Shown here piece by piece: positions 28,956 through 41,300 of a stretch of DNA of 64,000 nucleotides. The stretch is from Piromyces finnis finn (Eukaryota > Fungi > Neocallimastigomycota), in NCBI GenBank assembly GCA_002104945.1, contig MCFH01000009.1:992001-1056000 (forward strand), in the 5' to 3' direction. Position numbers and translations under genes: made by a program. How positions within the stretch are numbered: the first letter of the stretch is position 1; every line of letters starts with the position of its first letter. Under the pieces are notes generated by a model. That model made no database searches, was not told the origin of the DNA, and saw only the letters and a list, made by a program, of their open reading frames with translations.

Positions 28956-31900
28956 ATTCTAGTTAAAACATAATTCATTCATAATATGAATGAAACTATA
29001 ACGTCACCCATAATTATTTATTAATGAAATAACAATAACAAACTATTTTTTTTATTTTTCTTCAATATATATTTAATTTTATAACTATAATTTATTAACA
29101 TCATCATAATATTAAATAATTAGAAAAAGAAATCATATAACATTCAAATTGTTTATATTTCAAATATTTAATATTTAATGTCATAAATCACCTAAATAAT
29201 ATCACCTAAATAATAATTTAAATAAAATACATTTTTTTAACATTATTATTTTAATTTTTATAATTAACTTTATTGTTTATTTTTTGTTTTGAATATAATC
29301 AAACCAATAATATTTTTTTTTATATTTTATTAAAATTTAAAATTTAATCAAAATTTTAAATTATTTAATATTTGAAAAGAAAATAAAAATATTTGCAAAG
29401 AAAATAAAAAATATTTTCAAAGAATTGTTATTTTTTTTTTCTTTTACGGTTTTATGTTATATAAATAGTATTTAATACGTAATAAGAAAACCATTTAATC
29501 TTTAATTTTTTCTCTATTCTACTAACCAAAATGATTTATTGATTTAATATTTCTGTAAAAAAAGGTATTATAATTAAGGATTAATATAATTATATTTTTT
29601 TTTTCCCCATTTAATAGATATTGAATCAAATAATGTAATTTTTATTCAATAATAATAGTTTTTATTTATTATTTATGCATATATTGATTCAAACAACTAT
29701 TGGATAGTTATATATATAAGTTAATCTTAACTATTTCAACAATTAAATGATAGGTTAAATATTACACAATATGAGGTAGTATATATCTATTAAATTTGTC
29801 CTAATTACATATTTAATTATATTGGCTAATAAATAACAAATATGATTAGACTATTAACCAATAATATATCAATATTAATAAAATGCATATTATAAAATTA
29901 TAAAATTATTTATTGTTTTATAAAAAGAAAAATATAATTTTAATCTATTTATTAATATGATAAAACAATTCACCGATGAATACTAATTAAGGAAATGAAT
30001 ACTTGTTAAAAACATAATCATTTATAATATAAAAATACATGTTTTAAATTATTAATATTAATGTAGTTAATAATTTATTTGGTACATTTAATTTTAAAAA
30101 AAATTCAATATTTAAATTGTAATAATAATTTCATTAATATTTTTTTTAAGACATAATAATATGAATAATAATACTTTTCTTTATATACACTTTACTAGTT
30201 TTTTTTTTTATTTAAATTTAGAATAACATTTTCTAAAAAATTAGTGAATTGTTTAATTTAAACTAATCTATTTAATTCATATATTCTAGTATAATTACTA
30301 TATATTTATTTTAAGTTTTATTTTGTTATTAAATAAGTCGATAGAAGGAATGGAAAATACTTTTAAATATATTAGTAATAATTTTTTAGTTTATATTCAA
30401 ATAACTTATTTCACTCAATTTTGTACCTTCATTTAGATAAAATATAAAATATGTATATGCTAATTAATATATTCAATTCCTGTTAATAAATTTATTTGAA
30501 TATTAATTGAATTCTAAGTTAGTTTTATTTCACTTATATTTTAAGAATGATTTTTAAGGCTGATAGGTGAATAAAATGTTTAAAAATTGCTAAAAAAATA
30601 AAAACAGAAATTTTAATATATAATTAATTAATTGAATAATATCATAATTAAAAGTTTATTCACTAGAAAAAACAAATCTAAATAATTTAATATTAATTTA
30701 GATTATTAAAATAATCCTTAGTATTGTAATCTTGTGTAACGTTAAAATTTTATATAATTAAATATAAATAATTAAGATTAACCCATTCTGTACTTCAAAC
30801 CATATTAAAGTTTTTATTTTTCTACGGAGGATTAGGATACACAAGTAAGAATTATTTTAAGATAATATAAAATATTCTATATGTTTAAAATGAGAGAATT
30901 ATGATGGTATTATTTCCAATAGCTGACAAGGATTTCAATGAAACGTAATCCTATATCTTTAATAAAATCACATTAAATAGTAATTATTAATGATACCTTG
31001 TATCCTCGGTACTGTCCTTATAATTATTATGGTAAAAGAAATTAAAAAATATTTTCTTATAAAAACATATAAAATACTATACAAAAAAAAAGTAATGATT
31101 TCTTTTCAATAATAAAATAATATACCATTTTTGATTTTGTTTAAATTGTATATTAATACAATTTTATCATATACTATTTAGATGATATTATATATATTTC
31201 AAGTAAAAATAAAAAATAGTAACTTCATAAATATAATAATTTATTAATATTATTATGAAAAAGATAGAATTTTAAAATTGGTATGTTTTATTAATGTAAG
31301 AAATCTGATTTCATGGATTTAAGGGTTTTTTTTTCTCCTTATTATATAATTTTATTTATATTGATTTTAATTTATATTTAATAATTCAACATTTCTTTAT
31401 TTAATAATTAGGCATAAAATAACAACACATAATATTGTAAGTTTGTTTTTGTTTTAAGTATAGTGTTAATTAAAATGATACTGTGGTATTTATTTAAGAG
31501 AACTCAATCATATTAATTATATAAATCATAAACAATAATTGAATAATTGTAAATATTAGATGCTAATTTATTTTATAGTCATTATAGTTTTAATACACAT
31601 AGTTTGCAACTTCTATATATAAAACTTTTTGATTATTTATTTTTAGAGTTTGAATTAGTAAATTATTCAAATAATCAAATTCTTTCCTTCCAAAATAATA
31701 GTAGTTAAAGTTTAATATGTATAATATATAAACCTTTAATTATTTATATTTTCCAATAATTTTAATATATAGATAAATATTATATATATTAAAATTAATT
31801 TATAACAAATATAATATTAAATAATAGAAAACAATTATTATTAAAAATTAATTCTTATTATAAAAGTATATAATAAAGTTCACGATATAATGTTTTTATA

Positions 31901-32279
31901 TAGCTTTGTCATACAACTTTTTAATATACCCATCCATTATTAAAATATAATATTAATGTAATAATAAAAAATAATAAAAATTAAGCTTTTTTTAATTTTC
32001 TATATAATTATTTATAATTATAAATAAAATACTTTTTTTTTTGAGTTTATTATTTATCATTATACTATTATTGATTAGTAATAAAATAAATAAAAAATAT
32101 ATATATTTATATTGTTAAAAAGTTCGGTAGATAGACAGACGAAACTATAGTAGTGCAATTGTATATATAAACGTATAATTTATATATAAATATTTTTATT
32201 TATTTTATGACATTAATAAATCCTTATAAATAATAATAATAAAAATATACTTTTATAAAGGTAGATAAAAAAAAAAACA

Positions 32280-34718
32280 ATGACTTTATATGAATCATAT
32301 CCAATTCATCGTTGCGTCTATCGTGACGATGAAATGACCCTTAAGGAACTTTTAAAAAATGAAGAAATTAAAAAACAGATAAATGAGAAAGATAATCATG
32401 GAAACACACCAATTCATTTAGCACTTATGTTAGGTAGACGAAATTGTATTATTACTTTAATTAATAATGGATGTGATATTATAACGCGTAATAATTATGG
32501 TTGGAATCCTTTGGAAGAATCAATTTTGTAAGAAATTAAAATAATATTAATAAATAAAAAAAAAAGTTGATATATAATTTTAAAAAGAATAATGAGTATT
32601 GAGTGGTGTTAAAATGAGAATAAGAATAGTAATTAATATCAGTATTATATTTTAAATAAATTTTTAAATTGTCTTTTATTTTATGTTTTACAGTTTAGGA
32701 GATGTTGATATCATTGAAAAAATTTCTGTTTTAAAAATAAAAACTTATATTAAAACCTTCGGTAAAGTAATTTTAAAGAAGTGGAATGACATTTTACCAA
32801 ATTTTTATTTCAAAAATAAAATTAAATTCAAATGTCCAAGTAAGTAAAAATATTTTAATAAATGTATTAATATATCATTAATATTAAATATTTGGATTAT
32901 TATTATTATTATTATATTAATATAAAAATGTAATTAATAACTTTTAATTATAATAGTTTCTGTTCTTGCAAAACTATTGGTATCAGATACAATGGAGTTA
33001 TATAAAAGGGACAACTGTTTTAGAATTAACACAACTATTGGAGGATTATCACATAAAGGAATTCCAAGAATACTAAAAGGTAACATTTCATTCATTATTC
33101 GTTTTTATGAAGATACAGGTATGAATAAAATATTGTAAAAATATATTATTTATAGATATTCTTGAAATGAAATTATGTATTGATATACTTAAATTATATT
33201 TTGCATATATTAATTTAGGCGACTGCAAGTGTTTTATATTAGATAATAAAAAGAAAACATATCAGGAAATATATCCAAATTTTCCACAATGGTGTATGAA
33301 TAATATAATTAAAAGTAATATTAACATAAAAACGCTATATAAAGTTTTTATACTTTTTACCGATTGTATTGTCAAACAAAAAAAGGGAGGTTTATTAAAA
33401 AAAGCATCGAGATCCATTTCAATGGAAAATGGAAAAATTTACAAAACTGATATAGTTAAAATTAAGGATGTGAAGACAGTTATCCGAAAGAGAGATAATG
33501 AAACTGTTATAGGAGATTATAAGAGTGATATAAAATCTAAAGTTTTAAATTTAACTATAAATTCTGAAAAATTTAGTAACATTTCATTAAATAAAAATAA
33601 TACAAATAGTAATGAATCTTTAATTAGTAATGATACTGCAAGCGATAATGATGAAGATAGTGATGATAATGAGGATAGTGATAATGATTCAGAATACACT
33701 ATTAATGATAAAATAGATATTTATAAAGAATATAATGATAGTACTCAACATGAAAGTATTTTTAAAAAGTATATAAAAAATGATACAATCGATCTTGAAA
33801 CTGAAAAAATTATCACTGAAATTTTAATAAACGGCGAAGATAGTGAGCATAATAAAGTAGATACTAATGATATAGCATTTTTAAGTTCTAATTATCCTGA
33901 CTATATTGAAAATCTTATTAATAAGCCAATATCCAGAAAGAAGTATATTCAAATGTTACAACATTTAAATATTGAAGATAAAACTGATTCTTCTAATAAT
34001 GAATATCATTCTACTTTAACTAGAAGAAATAAAATTAAAGTATCTGAAGATCCAAATGTTGCATTTTATAGAATTATTAGTGGTATTCCATCAGAAGAAG
34101 AGGAAAAACAAACAGAAGAGGTAAAAAATAGAATAAAAAATTTCGATTGGAATAAAAATAAAATTACTGAAGAAGACTATTTCAATCCATCCAATACTGA
34201 AAATCTTCATATGGGTAGATTAATGAATATATCAGAAAATACTAGAAGTAATAGATATATTAAACTTTGGATGACTCAAAATAATGAATTTCCAATTTCA
34301 TTAGAAAGCTTAGAACCTGTGTTTGAATTTATTAATATGATTTTTTTTGATACCATAAATAGTGGAATTAATGGAGAAAATGTTTTATTTGGTAAAAAAA
34401 ATGAATATTTAAAGTGCCTATTTAATGAGAAAAGATTCCCAGTTAGACTTGGTAAGTTTTTATTTCTTTTTTTTTTTTATGGAAAAATCATTTTATATAA
34501 ATATATAAATATTTTTATTAGGTGTATGAATTATTATCATTAATTATTTATGTATATATTTTCTTTTATCAAAATAATGATTATAGAATTACCAATATAT
34601 CCAACAGTTAAAATGGTAATTAAAAATGTAGATTGTAGTATTGACAAAGAGAAAATACCTCAAAGTTTATTTGAAATACCATCTGATTACGTAGAAGATG
34701 ACATTTTTTTCAGAATAA

Positions 34719-34729
<11 letters not shown>
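32280..34729 (+). CDS. ANKRD13: Ankyrin repeat domain 13-like protein (ankyrin repeats plus C-terminal GPCR-chaperone-type domain), multi-exon
   Basis: YPIHRCVY...DNHGNTPIHLALMLG...NNYGWNPLEES; LLVSDTMELYK...RINTT; HMGR...KLWMTQNNEFPISLESL; FPVRL-ELPIYPTVK...LFEIPSDY. Confidence 0.8.
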
Positions 34730-34769
<40 letters not shown>

Positions 34770-34783
34770 ATATAATAAGTAAG

Positions 34784-34818
<35 letters not shown>

Positions 34819-34838
34819 GTAAATTAGTAAATAAATAA
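34715..34838. repeat. (AAAT)n microsatellite overlapping the ANKRD13 stop codon
   Basis: Directly visible. Confidence 0.9.
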
Positions 34839-36830
34839 AATCTTTTATAATAAAATAATAATCATAAATATAAAAATTAGAATGTTATAAAAGAAAGTAT
34901 TTTAAAATATATTTATACTATTCAAAAAGAATATATTAATAGTTATGTATGGATATCCATTCATAATAATTGATTATTTTATAAATTATATTTTTTTTTT
35001 AAATTTTGTTTTTGTTATTAATGCCATTATAATTTTGAAATTAATGGTTATTTTAATACTATATTTCTATTACTAAAACAATTACCATTATTAGTTGTTA
35101 ATGCTACTTCAATTAGACTTCCAATTTTTATTAAATACTTTTGTGGTTTTGAAATATGAAACCTAGTTCTGATGACATCATTCATTGTTTAACATATAGT
35201 GGTGCATTAAAGAATTATTGTAGTATTTATTTTCAAATTAAATATTGGTAATTTCTATTTGAATAATTATTATAATACATTTTACATTTTAATACATTAA
35301 AGACGGGCAATATATCTATCATTAATATTCATTAATATTAATAATATTAAAGATATATAATAAATAGTATATTATTTTTATGTAATTAATTTTGTTAAGT
35401 TTTTTTTTATTTATTATTAATGTTTATGCAGTTCCATGTTATATACAGAAATTATAAACATATTTTGATCTACAATGCAGCCACTAATATATATACAATA
35501 AATTTAATTATTATTTCTTTATATTAAATTATATATATATATTTATTATAATTAAAGTTTTATTTATTATAAATTTTTTTTGTTGATATAATAAGGAAAC
35601 CTCAAATATCTATATCAATAACAAAATTCAAAAATTATAAAGATTATTATTTGCTAACTCTAAGCAATAAATGATAATTAGTAATCCTTTTTACTTATTG
35701 TTTATTCATGATAATAAATAATTTCAAATCTCTAAGATTAATTGATTAATTTAACAAAAAGATTCATTATATAATTTTAAATAATAATTAATTTAGCATC
35801 TGTAACACCATGTTATGTTATAATTATGTATAATTGAGTTATGAATAAAACTAACTAAAAAGAAATTATTAAAAAAGTTATTTTTATAATAATTCTTTTC
35901 ATTTCATTTTAATTTTTTCTTTTTTTAAAAAAATTGTTTCTCATACATTAAAAACATATTACCATTATTATTAATATTCTTTTAATAATAAAAATGGTAC
36001 TGAAAATAAAAATATATTAATTATATGGTTATATAATTGTGTAATGAGTCTTCAATTTTAATGTTAGAGATAATATTTATATGTATATAACCATTATTAC
36101 CATAGTAAATAGACACTATAAAAAAAATAAAATAATAAACAACAGAGAATTATAGAATTAATAATGTACAAAATAAAATTTAGAGAAAGATATAGAATTA
36201 AAGTATTGAAATGAAAAAAAAATATTTTTGAGATTTCAAAAAAGGAGTCTTAAAATAAAAAATGATATATTATCTATATTATTTTTCTATTTAAGACTGA
36301 TAGTTTTTTATTTTTATTATAAATAAATAAAAAAGGAAATTAATATATGTATGCAAAGTATTATATTAATAATTATGTTAAATATATAGTATTCCATAAA
36401 TATATTTAGATTAATTTTTTTTTTTTAAAGTTTATAGCCATCTTTAAAAAATATGTATATATAAATTAAACTAATAATATTAATTTAATAATATTAATTT
36501 AAATATTGTAATATATTTTAATATATAATCAAATAATATTATATAATTATTAATTATAAATATTATAAAAGAAATATATTTAAGTTAAAAAAAAGAATTT
36601 TTAATATATAATAAAAATGTAATTATTAATATAAAATTATGAATATATAATATTATATATTATTATTATATAATTAAATTAAACTTTTTTAATAATTATT
36701 TTAAATAAAAAAATTCATTGCTCATAGTTTTATATAAATATAATTATATATCCTATATTCAAATATTCTTTTGTTTTACTTTTTTTTTATTTGTAATTAT
36801 AATTAAATATTAAATTTGAAAGAAACGAAA

Positions 36831-37857
36831 ATGAAATTTATTTCAGGAATTTTCTTCGCTACTGCTTTATTAAGTCAATATAAATTAGCTTCATCCGCTT
36901 CATTCCCAAATTGTAACGGATGTGTTCTTTACGCTTCTGGTACTGATGGTGCCTTATGGGGTTGGGAAAACAGTAACTTCTGTAAACTTTCTTCAAGTTG
37001 CAATATTTCAGGAGTTACTAACAATAATTCTTCTTCCTCTTCCTCTTCCTCTTCCTCTTCCTCTTCTTCAAATACTTCTAACTCTTCTTCAACTTCCGCT
37101 TCCAACTCTTCTTCCAACTCTTCCTCCAATTCCTCTAGTTCTAATTCTTCAGATTCTGATTCTAAGAATACTACAACTATTGTTAAGACAACAACTGTAG
37201 CTTCATCTCAAACCAGCAGTTCTTCTTCTTCTAGCAACAGTTCTTCTAGCAACAGTTCTTCTAATAATGATTCTAACAATGATTCTTCCAACAGTAATTC
37301 TTCTAGCAGTAACAATGGTAACTCCTCTTCCACTACTTCTTCCAATACCTCAAACTCCACTAGTACTAGCACTAGTGCTTCTTCTACTAACTCCAATAAC
37401 AACAATAATCAAGTTGGTTCAACAAACACTAGTAATAATGGTGTAACCACCCAATCTTCTAATAATAATGGTAATGTTGTAGCTTGTAATTCATGTGACG
37501 TTGTTGCTACTGGTGGTGATGGTGCCTTATATGGTTGGGAAAATGGAGCTGTAAGTATCTAATATGAATAATTATTTATAATTAATATACTTATTAAAAA
37601 ATTTGAATTAAAATGTTTTAATAATTGAAATTAAAAATTTTGATATTATGAAATTTAAAATAAAGACTTGTAAAATTGATGGTGTTAAATGTAACCTTGG
37701 AGGAAATACCGCCACTAATGCTGGTAACAATACTACTACTCTTACTAACACCAATACTTCAAACAATGTACAAGATTCAGGTGCTTCTGATTTCATTGCC
37801 AATTTCTATGTTATCGCTGCTGCTTTAGTTGCTCTTTTAGTTTCATACGGTTATTAA
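36831..37857 (+). CDS. 303-aa secreted protein: signal peptide, CBM10/dockerin-like module, ~160-aa Ser/Asn/Thr linker, second CBM10/dockerin-like module, GPI-anchor-like C-terminus; no catalytic domain; exons 36831-37550 and 37666-37857
   Basis: Module 1 CNGCVLYASGTDGALWGWENSNFCKLSSSC. Module 2 CNSCDVVATGGDGALYGWENGA|TCKIDGVKC, joined across a phase-0 GTAAGT...AAAG intron. C-terminus QDSGASDFIANFYVIAAALVALLVSYGY*. Confidence 0.85.
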
Positions 37858-38268
37858 TTTGATTAGCGCTCTTATAAAAGAATTATAATAAAATTTATTA
37901 AATATTTTCATAAAAATAATTTATACTTTAATTTTTTTAATGAATTAATTATTATTTGATAGTTCATCGCTTATTTAAAACTACTTATTATTATCTATCA
38001 ATAAAATAGTATTAAATATATGAAATAAAAATAATATATAATAAATAAAGTAATATAAAAAATAAAAATCATATTTAATTAAGAAAGTATTAATATTTTT
38101 GATATTAAAAAAATATATGATATATTATAATGAAATATAGCTTTTATGTGTTTAAGCAAAGTGTAATATATTCTTTGCTCAATTGTCTTTATAATGGAGT
38201 GGAGAACATTTTTTTACTATTATTTTTTCATTTTTTTATTAGATATTTAATATACAATGAACCTTTTT

Positions 38269-38372
38269 GATGGTGTTACATATCTTAATGTTCCATTTGA
38301 TAAGAGTTTGCCCCTTAAACCTGTTATTAAAGCTCTTAATAACAAGGTTTTGAAAGGACTTTTCTCAGTCAG
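38269..38372 (+). mobile_element. Left fragment of an older, 5'-truncated copy of the same LINE family (RT C-terminal region), interrupted by the intact element
   Basis: Aligns by eye to ~42190-42294 of the intact element (...CCATTTGATAAGA.TTTG.CCCTTAAACC...TCTTAATAACAAGGTTTTGAAAGGACTTTTCTCAGTCAG). Confidence 0.9.
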
Positions 38373-41300
38373 TTCTACTCATGCTCATGGTACTGAGAGA
38401 GTAGAAAGAATTAAATCCAAGTATTGCGCAATGGATGCTTGGTTAGTCTTAAGGTAAAATTATTAGGACTAAGCTCATGGTACTGAGCGATTAAAAAACA
38501 TTTTATTCATCGAATTTAAGTATTTGATGAATAAGTTGAATGTTTGATATTCAGGTAAGTTTGTATAGTATTTAATTAGAAGAGTAATACATTTTGTTGC
38601 TGTATTTTTTCTTTTATTCATGTATTCATGTAGTACTACTCTTCTCTTGTAAGAATCCAATGTAGTCAACTTTAGCATTTGCATTGTATTTTTATATTCA
38701 TGTAGCTATTGTTGTATTGTTTCTTGTAAGAGACTGATTCACTCTACATCATGTAAAAATACTATTCACAAGCTTTCTGGTGTCGACATTCTTGATTCAA
38801 ATTTTTACCAATTTAAATATTTAATGAAAAGTAAAGTCAAACAAGTTTAGTGTCAAAAAGCGAATCGAATTTACTAACAACAAACCAAAACTAGAATTTT
38901 TAAAAAAAAATTAACAACTAGAATTCAAAAAATAAGAAACTTTAAACAAAGCATCGTAACAATTTTTGTACTATCCAGTACTTTTAAGAAGAGAGAGAGA
39001 GACAGATTTTTTTCCATATACGTTATATTTATAATTTTTATTAGTATTTATTTTATATTCAATATTTTTTTAATTAGAATTTATTATCATGTCAGTCCTT
39101 TATATTAAAGATAAGAATTATATCAGACGTGGTACCCGGTCTTATGGTATCCCCTTAGATGATATTCGCTCCTTCTTTATCCGTGGTATTCGATCATGGT
39201 CAGTAAATATGCTATGGGAAAAACTCGAGGTTATTCTAGAAGATAAATTTAATTCAGTTATTAGTGTTAAATATTTTCAGACTTTCAATGATCACTTTTT
39301 CTTAGTCAAGGTTCATGGTTCATCGAAAGATTGTATTAAAATCTTACACATGTTAAAGAAGAAACTTTCAGTTACCTCAATTTCCTTTTCAGCTCGTAGT
39401 AGAAGGAATCACAAATACACTTTTTCCACTCTCAAACGTAAAATTTTAGTTTCTAATAAACATCAACATTCTATTCAACAATCATTTCAACAATCAGTTC
39501 AACAATCTCATCAACAATCCGATCTTCAACTAGATCTTCAACAAGATCTTCAACAAGTTTCCCATCATGAAAATATTCCAGATCTACAGCAAATACAATT
39601 TCAATCTCAACATTCAACAATTAATTCTAATAGTTCTATCAACTCTGATAACAGTTCAATAGTTGATAGTTTTTCAGTTTCACAGCCATCTAATAATAGT
39701 TCTACTTATTCCTCTGATGCATCATCCATTAATAACGATGACTTTAATAATAATAATAATAGCAACGATTCTTCCTCATCCAACAAGCCTGATAACTTTT
39801 CTTTTTGTCTTAGTTGGAACACCAATGGGTGGAATCACGAAAAGAGAGATAGTATTAGCTATTTCACAGCTATTTTCAAACCATTATTTTTATGTTTCCA
39901 AGAAACTGGTAATGGTTCTGGTTCGAATACAGATTATCCTTGTCGTGTTACTTTGCGAAACTATAGACACTTTTTCAAGAAAGCTGACGAATCAGTTCCT
40001 GGAATGAGAGGTTTATATTTAGGTTTTCACAATTCGTGTCAAGCCTCACTTGAAAACTTCTCTGGAAAGTATATTATTTCTATTTATACTTTTAGTCTCT
40101 GGAATAGATTCAAATGCTCGATTGGAAATGTTTATATGCCTCATAGTCATCACAACATCTATGTTGATCATGCAAAGTTAGAAGTTCGCTTGTGGTTACA
40201 AACTCATTCATCCCATCCATCGATTCTTGTTGGTGATTTTAATATGTCTAAAGTAAAATTATCCAACTGGTTATCAACTAATGGATTAGGAGATTGGGAA
40301 ATTCTTCCGCTTAGAGGGTCTACTATCTCTTGGACTCGAGGTGATCAATCTTCCGACATTGACCATGCTCTTATCAATTCGAAGATGAAAGATCTTATTC
40401 ACTCAGGATCATTTATAAATAATTTTTATCCTGTATCAGACCATAAGCCACTTCTTATTAATGGTAAAATTATTCCTATGGAAGATTTTTCTAATGACTT
40501 TAATGTTCCTAAGAAAATTCTGAAATGGAATAGATTAAAATGTATTGAGGAAAAGGAATCTATTATCAGTCATAATAAATTCCAAATACTTTCAGCAAAA
40601 TTCAACGATCCTAATGTTTCAACAGATGAACTTTCCAAAGAGTTTACTTCAACTGCTTTTTCAATTGCAGACGAGCTCAGTATCACCTCAGCAAATAATG
40701 TTATAAAGTCTTCATTTCATATTTCACAACAAATTTTTAATCTTCAAAAAATCAAAATGAAGTTGTATAAGAGATTTAAAAAAGAAAGAATTTATGATAT
40801 AGATGAATTTATTAAACGAATTAAAATCTACCGTAAGCTCATTGATTACATCCACAAAAGATGTAATGAATTTAGGAAGCAAGAATATCTTCATTGGATT
40901 AAAACAGGATGTGAGTATATGAAGAGTCATAATCCTAAGAAGGCCTGGAAATGGATCAAGAAAACTGCAAAAATTGGAAAAGATTCTTTCTTTATTGCTC
41001 AACCAATTAAAAATAAAAATGGAGAATTAGTTGTTGCTACGGAAGAACAACTAGATGTGTGGCATGATCATTTCGAAAACCTTGCATCAGATCCAAGTGG
41101 TGTAAGTCTTGATTTGGAGCATTGGTATGAAGAACCAACGAATAAACGTTTTTCACTCCCTATGCTTGATGAATGGGATATCAACCAAGATATTAGTATT
41201 GATGAAGTCAAGTCAGCTATCCTCTCTACTCCAAATTATAAAGCATCAGGTCCGGATGGTATTCCAATTGAATTTTACAAAGCATTAATTCCATCAAGTA

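Noticed and set aside
32122-32160. GC-richer motif containing GACGAAAC (half a hammerhead core) upstream of ANKRD13
   Set aside because: There is no CUGANGA partner; it is more likely promoter sequence.
35050-35230. Short higher-complexity stretch upstream of the CBM10 gene
   Set aside because: All frames are broken and I recognised no motif; too weak to call.
38257-38457. 66-aa ORF as an independent gene
   Set aside because: It is chimeric: old-LINE RT fragment, then the TSD, then the 5' UTR of the inserted element.
38373-38500. Hammerhead, twister, HDV or hairpin ribozyme assignment for the LINE 5' end
   Set aside because: CTGAGAGA and CTGAGCGA do not match CUGANGA, GGACTAAGC lacks the twister P4 closing stem, and I found no HDV nested pseudoknot or hairpin-ribozyme loop order. 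It is left as an unclassified structure.
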